Source: an uncultured Ruminococcus sp.
GTDB taxonomy: Bacteria; Bacillota; Clostridia; Oscillospirales; CAG-272
Assembly (NCBI GenBank): GCA_964624685.1
Contig: CAZUYA010000006.1
Coordinates: 1-50,673, forward strand
Direction: 5' to 3'
DNA length: 50,673 nucleotides
Shown here: piece after piece, positions 6,880 to 15,537 of the stretch
Layout of the letters: each line of letters opens with the position of its first letter
Position numbering within the stretch: the first letter of the stretch is position 1
Made by a program: the position numbers and the translations under genes
The notes under the pieces: generated by a model
What the model was told of the DNA's origin: nothing
The model's database searches: none
What the model saw: the letters and a program-made list of their open reading frames with translations, nothing else

Positions 6880-9800
6880 ATGAACAAAAAAACATGGTTC
6901 AAACTGACAACGAGCTTGCTTTTGTTGGTTATCACCGTTTCTCTCACGCTGACCTCTTGTTTTAACATTGGCGGGCAGAATGATGTGAGTGATTCTTTGA
7001 TCAAACAGATCACCGGTGCGATCAATACCAACAGAAACAATTATCTGGATTCTTCGGTGGTGTATCAACTGCCGGATACGGTGAAGGATACCGATCTGAT
7101 TTCGGTTATCATTCGTACCGATGAGGTATCGTTATTGGATACCTACAGCCGGGGAAATACGAGTCTTTCCTTTGGCGAATATGTCTATTCCGAGGAGGCG
7201 ACTGCTTTTAAGACGGAATTGTATAATAAGAAGGTAACGATTCTGTCGGATTTGAGAGTTGCCGGAGTGGAATATGTCAGCGGTTCCGATTATTCAGCCA
7301 TTTTGAGCGGATTTGAACTGACGATTACGGCAAAAGATTTTGAAGTGGTTTGCAAAACAATCGGCGAACGCGGAACTGCCATTGTCGGTGAAGTCTATGA
7401 ACCGTCCGATACGCAACTGGTGGAAAACGATGTGAATTTCTATGAAAACACCGGTATTTTTGACAGTTCCGATTTTGCATATGACGGAACCGGTATGGTC
7501 ATTGCTGTTTTGGATACCGGGTTGGATTATTATCATACGGCTTTTTCCATCAATAATTTTACTGCCGATCTGAACAAGTTGGGCTTGACATTTGACGATG
7601 TTGCGGCATTGGTCGGCGATACCGTTGCGTCCGAGTTGCAAAGCGGTTTGAAGGCAGAGGATGTTTTCATCAACCAAAAAGTGCCGTTCGGATTTGACTA
7701 TGCCGACGGTGACTCCGAAGTGTATCCGATTGAAAGCACGCACGGTACGCACGTATCCGGCGTGATTGCAGGGAAAGACGATACCATTACCGGCGTTGCT
7801 CCCAATGCACAGCTGGTCGAGATGAAGATCTTTTCGGATGTGGATCAGACTGCACGTACCCCGTGGATTTTGAATGCACTAGAGGATTGCGTTATCCTCG
7901 GTGTGGATGCGATCAATATGTCCATCGGTACATCCTGCGGTTTTAGCCGTGAGACTGACCGCGAGGCAATTTCCGGTGTGTATCAAAAAGTTAAAGATGC
8001 GGGAATCAGTTTGGTTGTTGCTGCATCCAACAGTTATAACTCGACGTATGGTTCCGAAAAGAACGGAAACCTGGGGTTGACCTCGAATCCAGACAGCGGA
8101 ACGGTCGGATCTCCTTCCACCTATGATGCGGCTTTGTCCGTTGCTTCAATCAGCGGTGTAAAGACTCCGTATATTTTATATAATGATACGATTATTTACT
8201 TTACGGAATCCAATGACCGTGTTTCCGAAGAAAAGCATTTTGTGGATGAATTGTTGGGCGATGGCGTTGACAGTCAGGATTTTGAATATATCAAAGTTCC
8301 GGGTGCCGGACGTTCCGCAGACTATACGGGAATGGACGTGACCGGAAAGATCGTTTTGGTTCAGCGCGGTTCCACGACATTTGAGGAAAAAGCCAATGTT
8401 GCCGAGACCAAGGGCGCGGCGGGCGTGATTATCTATAACAATGTGTCGGGCGATATTAAAATGAACGTCGGCGATACCAAGATTCCTGTTTGTTCTGTCG
8501 GACAAACGGACGGTGAACTTTTGGCGGCTGCCGGAAGCGGTAACATTCGCGTCAGTCGTTCGCAGACTTCCGGACCTTTCATGTCCGACTTCTCCTCTTG
8601 GGGACCGACACCGGATTTGGGAATCAAGCCGGAAATTACCGCGCATGGCGGTTCGATCCTTTCTGCGATTCCGGGGCAATCTTACGAGCGGCAGTCGGGT
8701 ACTTCGATGGCGGCACCGAATATGACCGGTGTTGTGACATTGCTTCGTCAATATATCGTTGAAAATTATCCGGACATTGCCAATGATTCTCTCAAGGTAA
8801 CCGCACTGGTCAATCAATTGTTAATGTCTACTGCCGATATTATTTTGAATACCAACGGCTTGCCTTATTCCGTAAGAAAGCAGGGAGCGGGGCTTGCAAA
8901 TTTGACCGATGCCGCTGCAACCGCTGCATATATCCAAACATATGATCGGATCACCAATGAGGTGATGGATAAGACGAAGATCGAGCTTGGAGATGATCCG
9001 AACAAAACCGGCGTTTACACTTTGAATTTCTCAATTGTCAATATGGGCAGCACAACACTTTCCTTTGATGTTTCTGCCTATGTTATGACGGAAGGCGTCA
9101 GTGACATTTTGACGCATAACGGAGAGACGACCGTAACCGAAGACGGATATATTTTGGATGGTGCGACAATCGAGGTTACTTCTTTGAAGAACGGTACGCA
9201 GAGCAACAATCGTATTACGGTTGCCGGCGGTGCAACTGCCGATGTTACGGTAACGATTGCGTTGAGTGATGCCGATAAACAGTATTTGAATGAATCCTTT
9301 GCGAACGGAATGTATGTGGAAGGATTTATCATGTTGAAGGCTGTGGAGGGAACAACGATTGATTTGAATGTTCCGTACCTGGCTTTCTACGGCGATTGGA
9401 CGGTTGCTCCGATCCTCGACTTGGATTATTTTGCAACCAATAAAGACGAGTTAGATGATTCGATTGATACATTGGATAAGACTTTGCCGGATGCCTATGC
9501 AACTCGTCCCATCGGCGGACTTTCCAACGACTATGTGAGCTATCTCGGATCTTTCTATTTCCAACAAGATCCCGCTTCCAATAATAAAATTTCAGCAGAC
9601 AGAAAATACATTTCTCTTTCCAATCAAGACGATACGGTCAATTCTTTACGTTTTGTTTGGGCGGGTATGTTGCGAAACGCCGATCGCGTGGTGACGACGA
9701 TTACGGAAGATGCAACCGGCGAAGTGATCTTTGAGACCGAGGATCGGGATATTCGCAAATCTTACGGTGACGGCGGCAGTATTTATCCTGCCAATGTTGA

Positions 9801-12800
9801 TGTTGAATTTTCGGCTACCGATTATAATTTGAAAAACAATACCTCATATACCGTGACGATGAAAGCGTATTTGGATTACGGTGACGGCGGAGAGGCGAAT
9901 AACCTGAACAATGAATTCTCATTCCCGCTGGTTGCCGATTTCTCGGCACCTGCCGTGACGGATTGCGAATTCTATACGGAATATGACAGAACATCCAAGA
10001 CAACAAAGTATTTTGCAAAACTTGCCGTTTATGATAACCACTATTCGATGGGAATGCAGATCGGTTATGTTGGAACCAATGATGACGGAGAAGCAACGTT
10101 GTATTCTTTTGAATCCTACATTACTCCGATCTATTCCGACTTCAATTCTACAACGTATGTGGTTTATGAATTGACCGATTATGTAAATGAGATCAAAAAC
10201 AATTCCCTTCATGAGAACACCTTTACGGTGGCATGTTATGACTATGCCTTGAACATGGCGACTTATGAGATCGAGTTGCCGGACGAGTTTACGGATGTAT
10301 GGTTTATCGAGGACGAGATCGTTCTCAGCCCCAATGAAGTCTATGATTTGAATTTGGGCGTATATCCCGAAACGGAATGGGGCATTTTGGTGGATCTCAA
10401 CTCTTCCAATCCGAAAGTTGCCAGCATTGTCAATAACAAGGTGTTGGCATTGCAACCCGGCAAATGTTTGATTCGTTTCAACCATCCGCAAACCAATCAG
10501 CCCGTGACGATGAAAGTCACCGTTCTGGGAGAAGGGGAGGAAGGATACAAACAGATTGATAAGCCGGTTGCCGATCGTTTCTTCTTGACCGGATTTTATA
10601 CGGAACGAGCTTACTACTATTTGTCTTCTTCAGATCGTGACATCGGATTAACAGGTGAAGAGGTAAGTTTCTCATCCGGAAGCTATTCATTGTCGATGTT
10701 CCCGTCCGAGGCGGTTACGTTGCGTTATACGTTGGATGCATATTTCCCGGATAGTACCGAAGTGATTTTTGAGTCAAGCAACGAAAGTTTGGTAACGGTT
10801 ACCGCGAACGGAACGATTACCGCGGTGCAAGAAGGCTTTGCTTCCGTTTCCGTGCGTGTGTTGTTAGACGGAAAGAGTACGTATTATTCCGAAACGATCA
10901 ATATCGAGATTAAAGATCCTTATATTACTTCCGGACCGTCTCTGTCGCATTATTTCGGAAACGGTGGTTATGTAAAGATTCCGGAAACTTTGGCAATTAC
11001 GGAGATCGGACAATACGCTTTCTCAAACTACAACTATATTGCCAAGGATGAGAATGACGAAATTTCCGAAGATGAGCCGGATGCAACGAAAATGTGGTAT
11101 ATCGGTGACAATACGATTACCGAGGTTACCATTCCGGAGGGCGTTAAGACCATCGGTGCCTATGCATTTGCAAATTTGACCGGTTTGACCAAAGTGACGC
11201 TTCCTTCCACATTGGAAAGAATCAATTACGGTGCATTTACCGGATGTACTTCTTTGACAACGATCGTCGGATTGGAAAACGTCAAGTTTATCAATCGCGG
11301 TGCATTTGAGAATTGTGCGTTGACAGGTACGATTTCTTTGGATAATGCCGTTGCGATTGCAAACAGAGCGTTTTACGGAAATACCAAATTGAGCGGTGTC
11401 AAACTTTCCGAAAAAACGCAATCCATCGGTGCATACGCTTTTGCCGAAAATACCGCTTTGAAAAAGATCGAGATCAAGGCATCTAAGTTAAAGTTGGGAG
11501 AATCCGTATTTGCCGGTTGTGAATCATTGACTGCAATTGCTTTGAATGCTTCTGTCATTCCCGCATATGCTTTTGACGGATGTACGTCTTTGCAGACCAT
11601 TACGCTTGGAAAAGATGTGGCTGTGATCGGTGAGCTTGCCTTCCGCGGAACGGCGATTGAAACTTTTGGCGTGGCTGACGGAAACACCGCTTTTTATGCA
11701 CCGGATGGAGCATCCTATTTGCTCAATTCGGATCGAACACAGTTGATGTTGGTATCGCCGTCGGCAAAGGGACACTTTACCGTGACGGGAGCCAATATTA
11801 CCTCCATTGCAGACGGTGCTTTCCAAGGGAACACGGGCATTACTTCGGTGACATTGCCGAATGTGACCGCAGTCGGTGACTATGCTTTTGCAGATTGTAC
11901 CGCGTTGGAAACTGTCAATCTCGGTGTGTTGACTTCGATTGGTGTGTCTGCTTTCAACGATTCGGCATTAAAGACATTGCCGGAGATGAATTTGACATAC
12001 CTTGCAAGCTATGCTTTTGCCGGCACGAATTTGACCGAAGTCATCATTCCGAATGGTATGACGGTAGGGGATTCGGCATTTAGAGAATGCCAGTCTTTGG
12101 CAACGATTGTGATCGGTGATCGTGTGGTGCTGGAAAAGGATGTATTCCGCCTTGACCGTGAGAATAATTTCTTCTCCGGAAATGACACCACGTTGCCGCC
12201 TTCCTATTTGGATGAGAACGGCAATAAGATCTATTATTACATTTATACGTCTGCATTGCATTCTTTGACGATTGGTGATCATGTTACGATCGGTGACGGT
12301 GCGTTTTACGGTGCCGCCGAGTTGGAGACTGTTACGCTGGGGGATGGTGCGACGATTGGTGCCGAAGCGTTTTATAATGCTTGTTCTTTGAAAACCATTG
12401 ATCTTTCCAAAGTCGTTTCCATTGGCAATCAAGCCTTTACGGGTGACGTGCTGTATGATTTTTCCGATGGAAACTATTCCAATCCCGCTGTGGACAGTGA
12501 AGGGTATTATATCTATCGTTACTGTGCACCGCTTTTGGAATCGATCGACCTTTCTTCGTTGCAGACGCTCGGAACAGAAGCATTTGAATACTGTTTCGAT
12601 CTGGTTGAAGTGAAGTTGGGAACCGACCTCAAGGAGATTCCGGAATGTGCGTTTAATTTGTGTGAAGCATTGGAAAGAATCAATTTGGAATCGGTTGAAT
12701 GTATAGGTGAGAACGCTTTCTGTGAGACGGGACTTCGTGAGATCGTATTGAGTTCTGCTATCACAATCGGTAAATACGCATTTGTAAGCAATTTGAATTT

Positions 12801-14112
12801 GACAAAAGTCACCTTCGGAAATGTGGCGGTTCATTTGGAAGAGGGTGTGTTTGCTTATGATGAATCTTTGACAACAATTGTGAATATGAATGCCGTGCAT
12901 TATGTGGGCGATTATGCGTTTGCCAATACAGGAGTTGTTTCCGCTGATCTTTCTTCTGCAGAATATATCGGTGAGATGGCATTCTTGAAGAACGATGTGA
13001 CGGATTTTGAGGTTATCATCGGGAACGCATTAACCAATATTGGTGATAATCCGTTTGCAAATTGCAGATTGAAACCTTTCTCCGATGTGGAAGTGACAAC
13101 CGTGAACGGAAAAGAGTATCCTGCAACAGTCTATACGTTCCATTACAGTGATACCATTTACATCATTGACGGTTCGCTGTATCGTGTCGTTCCGAATGGA
13201 TTGGAGCTGATCGTTTATGCCGGAACGGAAGAAGTCGTTTCTGTTGCTGACAACACGGTTCGCATCAGTGCTATGGCGTTTGCCGGCTCCGATGTGCAAA
13301 AAGTGATTTTGCCCTACACGGTGGCTTCTATCGGGCATAAGGCATTTTACGGTTGTAATAAACTGTCCTTGATTTCCTTTAGCAGTTATGACGCTCCGAT
13401 CTTGGAGGAAGAATATGATATGGCTTATTACATGAGCTATCAGAATATTCCCGCCAGCGGCGACTATTCCTTTACAACGACGGACGGCAATGTTCTCATT
13501 TATCAAGGATTGGGAATTGTACCGTACTTTATGTGGAACGTGGCTGATCTGCCGACCAATGTTTACTACGGTGCTAACTTTGTCGATTATGTCGGTCATC
13601 TGGATTCAAAAATTTTGATGATCAGACCTGTCAACGGTCAAAACTATGATTCCTTTATCTTCAATCAATATTTTGCCACTGTGATTGACGGTGCGGCAGC
13701 TGCCGACGATGTGACGTTGGATGCCATCGCGGCAATTGATCGCTTGCCGGAAAACATTACGTTGCAAGATGAAGCACTGGTTCTTGCGGCAAGAGAAGCT
13801 TACAATAAGATCTCTACCATGGAACAAAAAGCATTGGTGACATCGTATGATAAGTTGACACAGGCTGAAAAGCGAATTTCCGATTTGAAGTATTTGCAGG
13901 ACAAAGGGGATCAAGGACAGGATCCTGAAGAACCTGTTGAAAATTCGTTTGATTTTATGCCGATCCTGGTTGGTTGTTTGATTGGCGTGATCGTGGTTGC
14001 GATTGTGGCTGCGGTCGTGATTCGAGTGGTTCAAAAGAAAAAGACAGAAAAAAATCCGGAAACTTCCGAAGCTTCCGAATCCTCGGAAAAAAACGAGTCG
14101 GAAGATGAATAA
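6880..14112 (+). CDS. Giant cell-envelope S8 serine protease (lactocepin/C5a-peptidase-like) with PA, Fn3/Ig-like domains and BspA-type leucine-rich repeats
   Basis: Catalytic motifs VLDTG (D212), HGTHVSG (H288) and GTSMAAP (S609). PA insert GKIVLVQRG..TF.EK..GAAGVIIYNN. SDFSSWGPTPDLGIKPEITA and RKQGAG motifs. Two Big_2-like SSNxxVA/LV units. Many IGxxAFxxC LRRs. N-terminal lipobox LTSC; C-terminal TM helix plus charged tail. Confidence 0.92.
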   Translation: MNKKTWFKLTTSLLLLVITVSLTLTSCFNIGGQNDVSDSLIKQITGAINTNRNNYLDSSVVYQLPDTVKDTDLISVIIRTDEVSLLDTYSRGNTSLSFGEYVYSEEATAFKTELYNKKVTILSDLRVAGVEYVSGSDYSAILSGFELTITAKDFEVVCKTIGERGTAIVGEVYEPSDTQLVENDVNFYENTGIFDSSDFAYDGTGMVIAVLDTGLDYYHTAFSINNFTADLNKLGLTFDDVAALVGDTVASELQSGLKAEDVFINQKVPFGFDYADGDSEVYPIESTHGTHVSGVIAGKDDTITGVAPNAQLVEMKIFSDVDQTARTPWILNALEDCVILGVDAINMSIGTSCGFSRETDREAISGVYQKVKDAGISLVVAASNSYNSTYGSEKNGNLGLTSNPDSGTVGSPSTYDAALSVASISGVKTPYILYNDTIIYFTESNDRVSEEKHFVDELLGDGVDSQDFEYIKVPGAGRSADYTGMDVTGKIVLVQRGSTTFEEKANVAETKGAAGVIIYNNVSGDIKMNVGDTKIPVCSVGQTDGELLAAAGSGNIRVSRSQTSGPFMSDFSSWGPTPDLGIKPEITAHGGSILSAIPGQSYERQSGTSMAAPNMTGVVTLLRQYIVENYPDIANDSLKVTALVNQLLMSTADIILNTNGLPYSVRKQGAGLANLTDAAATAAYIQTYDRITNEVMDKTKIELGDDPNKTGVYTLNFSIVNMGSTTLSFDVSAYVMTEGVSDILTHNGETTVTEDGYILDGATIEVTSLKNGTQSNNRITVAGGATADVTVTIALSDADKQYLNESFANGMYVEGFIMLKAVEGTTIDLNVPYLAFYGDWTVAPILDLDYFATNKDELDDSIDTLDKTLPDAYATRPIGGLSNDYVSYLGSFYFQQDPASNNKISADRKYISLSNQDDTVNSLRFVWAGMLRNADRVVTTITEDATGEVIFETEDRDIRKSYGDGGSIYPANVDVEFSATDYNLKNNTSYTVTMKAYLDYGDGGEANNLNNEFSFPLVADFSAPAVTDCEFYTEYDRTSKTTKYFAKLAVYDNHYSMGMQIGYVGTNDDGEATLYSFESYITPIYSDFNSTTYVVYELTDYVNEIKNNSLHENTFTVACYDYALNMATYEIELPDEFTDVWFIEDEIVLSPNEVYDLNLGVYPETEWGILVDLNSSNPKVASIVNNKVLALQPGKCLIRFNHPQTNQPVTMKVTVLGEGEEGYKQIDKPVADRFFLTGFYTERAYYYLSSSDRDIGLTGEEVSFSSGSYSLSMFPSEAVTLRYTLDAYFPDSTEVIFESSNESLVTVTANGTITAVQEGFASVSVRVLLDGKSTYYSETINIEIKDPYITSGPSLSHYFGNGGYVKIPETLAITEIGQYAFSNYNYIAKDENDEISEDEPDATKMWYIGDNTITEVTIPEGVKTIGAYAFANLTGLTKVTLPSTLERINYGAFTGCTSLTTIVGLENVKFINRGAFENCALTGTISLDNAVAIANRAFYGNTKLSGVKLSEKTQSIGAYAFAENTALKKIEIKASKLKLGESVFAGCESLTAIALNASVIPAYAFDGCTSLQTITLGKDVAVIGELAFRGTAIETFGVADGNTAFYAPDGASYLLNSDRTQLMLVSPSAKGHFTVTGANITSIADGAFQGNTGITSVTLPNVTAVGDYAFADCTALETVNLGVLTSIGVSAFNDSALKTLPEMNLTYLASYAFAGTNLTEVIIPNGMTVGDSAFRECQSLATIVIGDRVVLEKDVFRLDRENNFFSGNDTTLPPSYLDENGNKIYYYIYTSALHSLTIGDHVTIGDGAFYGAAELETVTLGDGATIGAEAFYNACSLKTIDLSKVVSIGNQAFTGDVLYDFSDGNYSNPAVDSEGYYIYRYCAPLLESIDLSSLQTLGTEAFEYCFDLVEVKLGTDLKEIPECAFNLCEALERINLESVECIGENAFCETGLREIVLSSAITIGKYAFVSNLNLTKVTFGNVAVHLEEGVFAYDESLTTIVNMNAVHYVGDYAFANTGVVSADLSSAEYIGEMAFLKNDVTDFEVIIGNALTNIGDNPFANCRLKPFSDVEVTTVNGKEYPATVYTFHYSDTIYIIDGSLYRVVPNGLELIVYAGTEEVVSVADNTVRISAMAFAGSDVQKVILPYTVASIGHKAFYGCNKLSLISFSSYDAPILEEEYDMAYYMSYQNIPASGDYSFTTTDGNVLIYQGLGIVPYFMWNVADLPTNVYYGANFVDYVGHLDSKILMIRPVNGQNYDSFIFNQYFATVIDGAAAADDVTLDAIAAIDRLPENITLQDEALVLAAREAYNKISTMEQKALVTSYDKLTQAEKRISDLKYLQDKGDQGQDPEEPVENSFDFMPILVGCLIGVIVVAIVAAVVIRVVQKKKTEKNPETSEASESSEKNESEDE

Positions 14113-14133
14113 TTTTTCGGAGGATAGGAAAAA

Positions 14134-15522
14134 ATGAACAAAAAAGTAATTGTATTGCTTCTTGCTGTTTTCCTGTTGGGGGCGGCGGTCACTTTGACCG
14201 CCTGTTCCCAGTGGCAGCCTCCGTATCCTTCCTTGAATGAAGACGGATATACGATCAGTGTTCGATTTGATGCCAACGGCGGACGCATGAAGGGCAGAAA
14301 CGACGTGACCGTTGTGGAAGTTTTTCGCATGGAGGACGCGGTGGATCGCGGAAACGGTGAAAAAGCATTGAAGTTGCTGGATCCGGAATCGTCCGAACGT
14401 CCGGATGCCGGAAAGATTACCGTAACAAATCCGAATTATTTCCTTGCCGGTTGGTACACCGAACGGATAGAAGTGACCGACAAAAACGGAGAATTTGATC
14501 ACTATGAGTACAGTGGAAAATGGGATTTTGAAACGGATACCGTTTCGTTGAAGGCGGATGAAGAATATTCCGCCGATACTCCCGTGGTGACCTTGTATGC
14601 GGCATGGATTCCGTATTTTAATTATAGTTTTCAGGTTCAGAACAATCAGGGAGAATGGGAGCAGTTGGAGACCAAAGCACTGATCAATTTGGATATTCCG
14701 ACATGGGAGGAAGGCAATGTGCGTCCGACGATGGGGAATTTTCTCAATCCGAACGATCGGACTTTTGAAGGTGCATATGCTGATGCCGATTGTACAATCC
14801 CGTTGGAAGGCACTTTGATGGCTGAACAGCTTTATGTGGATTACGAAAAAGGCATTGCCACGGCAAATACCATTCCGATCTATACCAAATGGCTGGACGG
14901 AGTATGGTATAAAATTTATACGGCGCAACAATTTGTCTCCAACAGTCGGTCAAACGGAAACTATTTGATCTGTGCCGATCTTGATTTTGCCGGTCTGACA
15001 TGGGCACCGTCTATGACGAGCAATCCGTTTACGGGTTCGATTCAAGGTGCGGAAGGGCAGATTTACAAATTCTCCAATATTACAATCGAGCAAGGCGCAT
15101 CCAATACCATTTATTTCGGTTTGTTTGGAATGTTGGCGGAGAGTGCCGTCATCGAAAATGTAACATTTGAGAACGTTACTTGCAACATCAATACGTTTCT
15201 GATGATACGAGGGGCTGCTTTATACGGCGGATTGCTTGCCGGACGGAATGACGGCGCAACTTTGAACAACGTTGCGGTTAACGGATCATTGAATATCACC
15301 GAGGCATTTAACGAGCAGAATGCCCCCAAATATGCATTGGGATTGTTGTTCGGTTCCGGTTCCGCTTCCGGGATCGATCTTTCCGGTATCCGGTGTACTG
15401 TTGACGAAGACTGTACTGTCGGCGAAGAATATTACGTGACAGCGGAGGTGGATGAGATCACCGGTGCGATCACTCTTCAACTTCAACCAATTGAAACAGA
15501 CGAACCAATTGAAACAAATTAA
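14134..15522 (+). CDS. Lipoprotein with InlB B-repeat (Flg_new)-like and GLUG-like domains
   Basis: Lipobox LTAC. FDANGG..YFLAGWY..WDFETDTV..VTLYAAW motif. C-terminal YLICADLDF..FTGSI..FSNI..GLFG..IENVTFENV..GGLLAG. GGAGG RBS. Confidence 0.8.
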   Translation: MNKKVIVLLLAVFLLGAAVTLTACSQWQPPYPSLNEDGYTISVRFDANGGRMKGRNDVTVVEVFRMEDAVDRGNGEKALKLLDPESSERPDAGKITVTNPNYFLAGWYTERIEVTDKNGEFDHYEYSGKWDFETDTVSLKADEEYSADTPVVTLYAAWIPYFNYSFQVQNNQGEWEQLETKALINLDIPTWEEGNVRPTMGNFLNPNDRTFEGAYADADCTIPLEGTLMAEQLYVDYEKGIATANTIPIYTKWLDGVWYKIYTAQQFVSNSRSNGNYLICADLDFAGLTWAPSMTSNPFTGSIQGAEGQIYKFSNITIEQGASNTIYFGLFGMLAESAVIENVTFENVTCNINTFLMIRGAALYGGLLAGRNDGATLNNVAVNGSLNITEAFNEQNAPKYALGLLFGSGSASGIDLSGIRCTVDEDCTVGEEYYVTAEVDEITGAITLQLQPIETDEPIETN

Positions 15523-15537
15523 GGAGGAAAATACACT

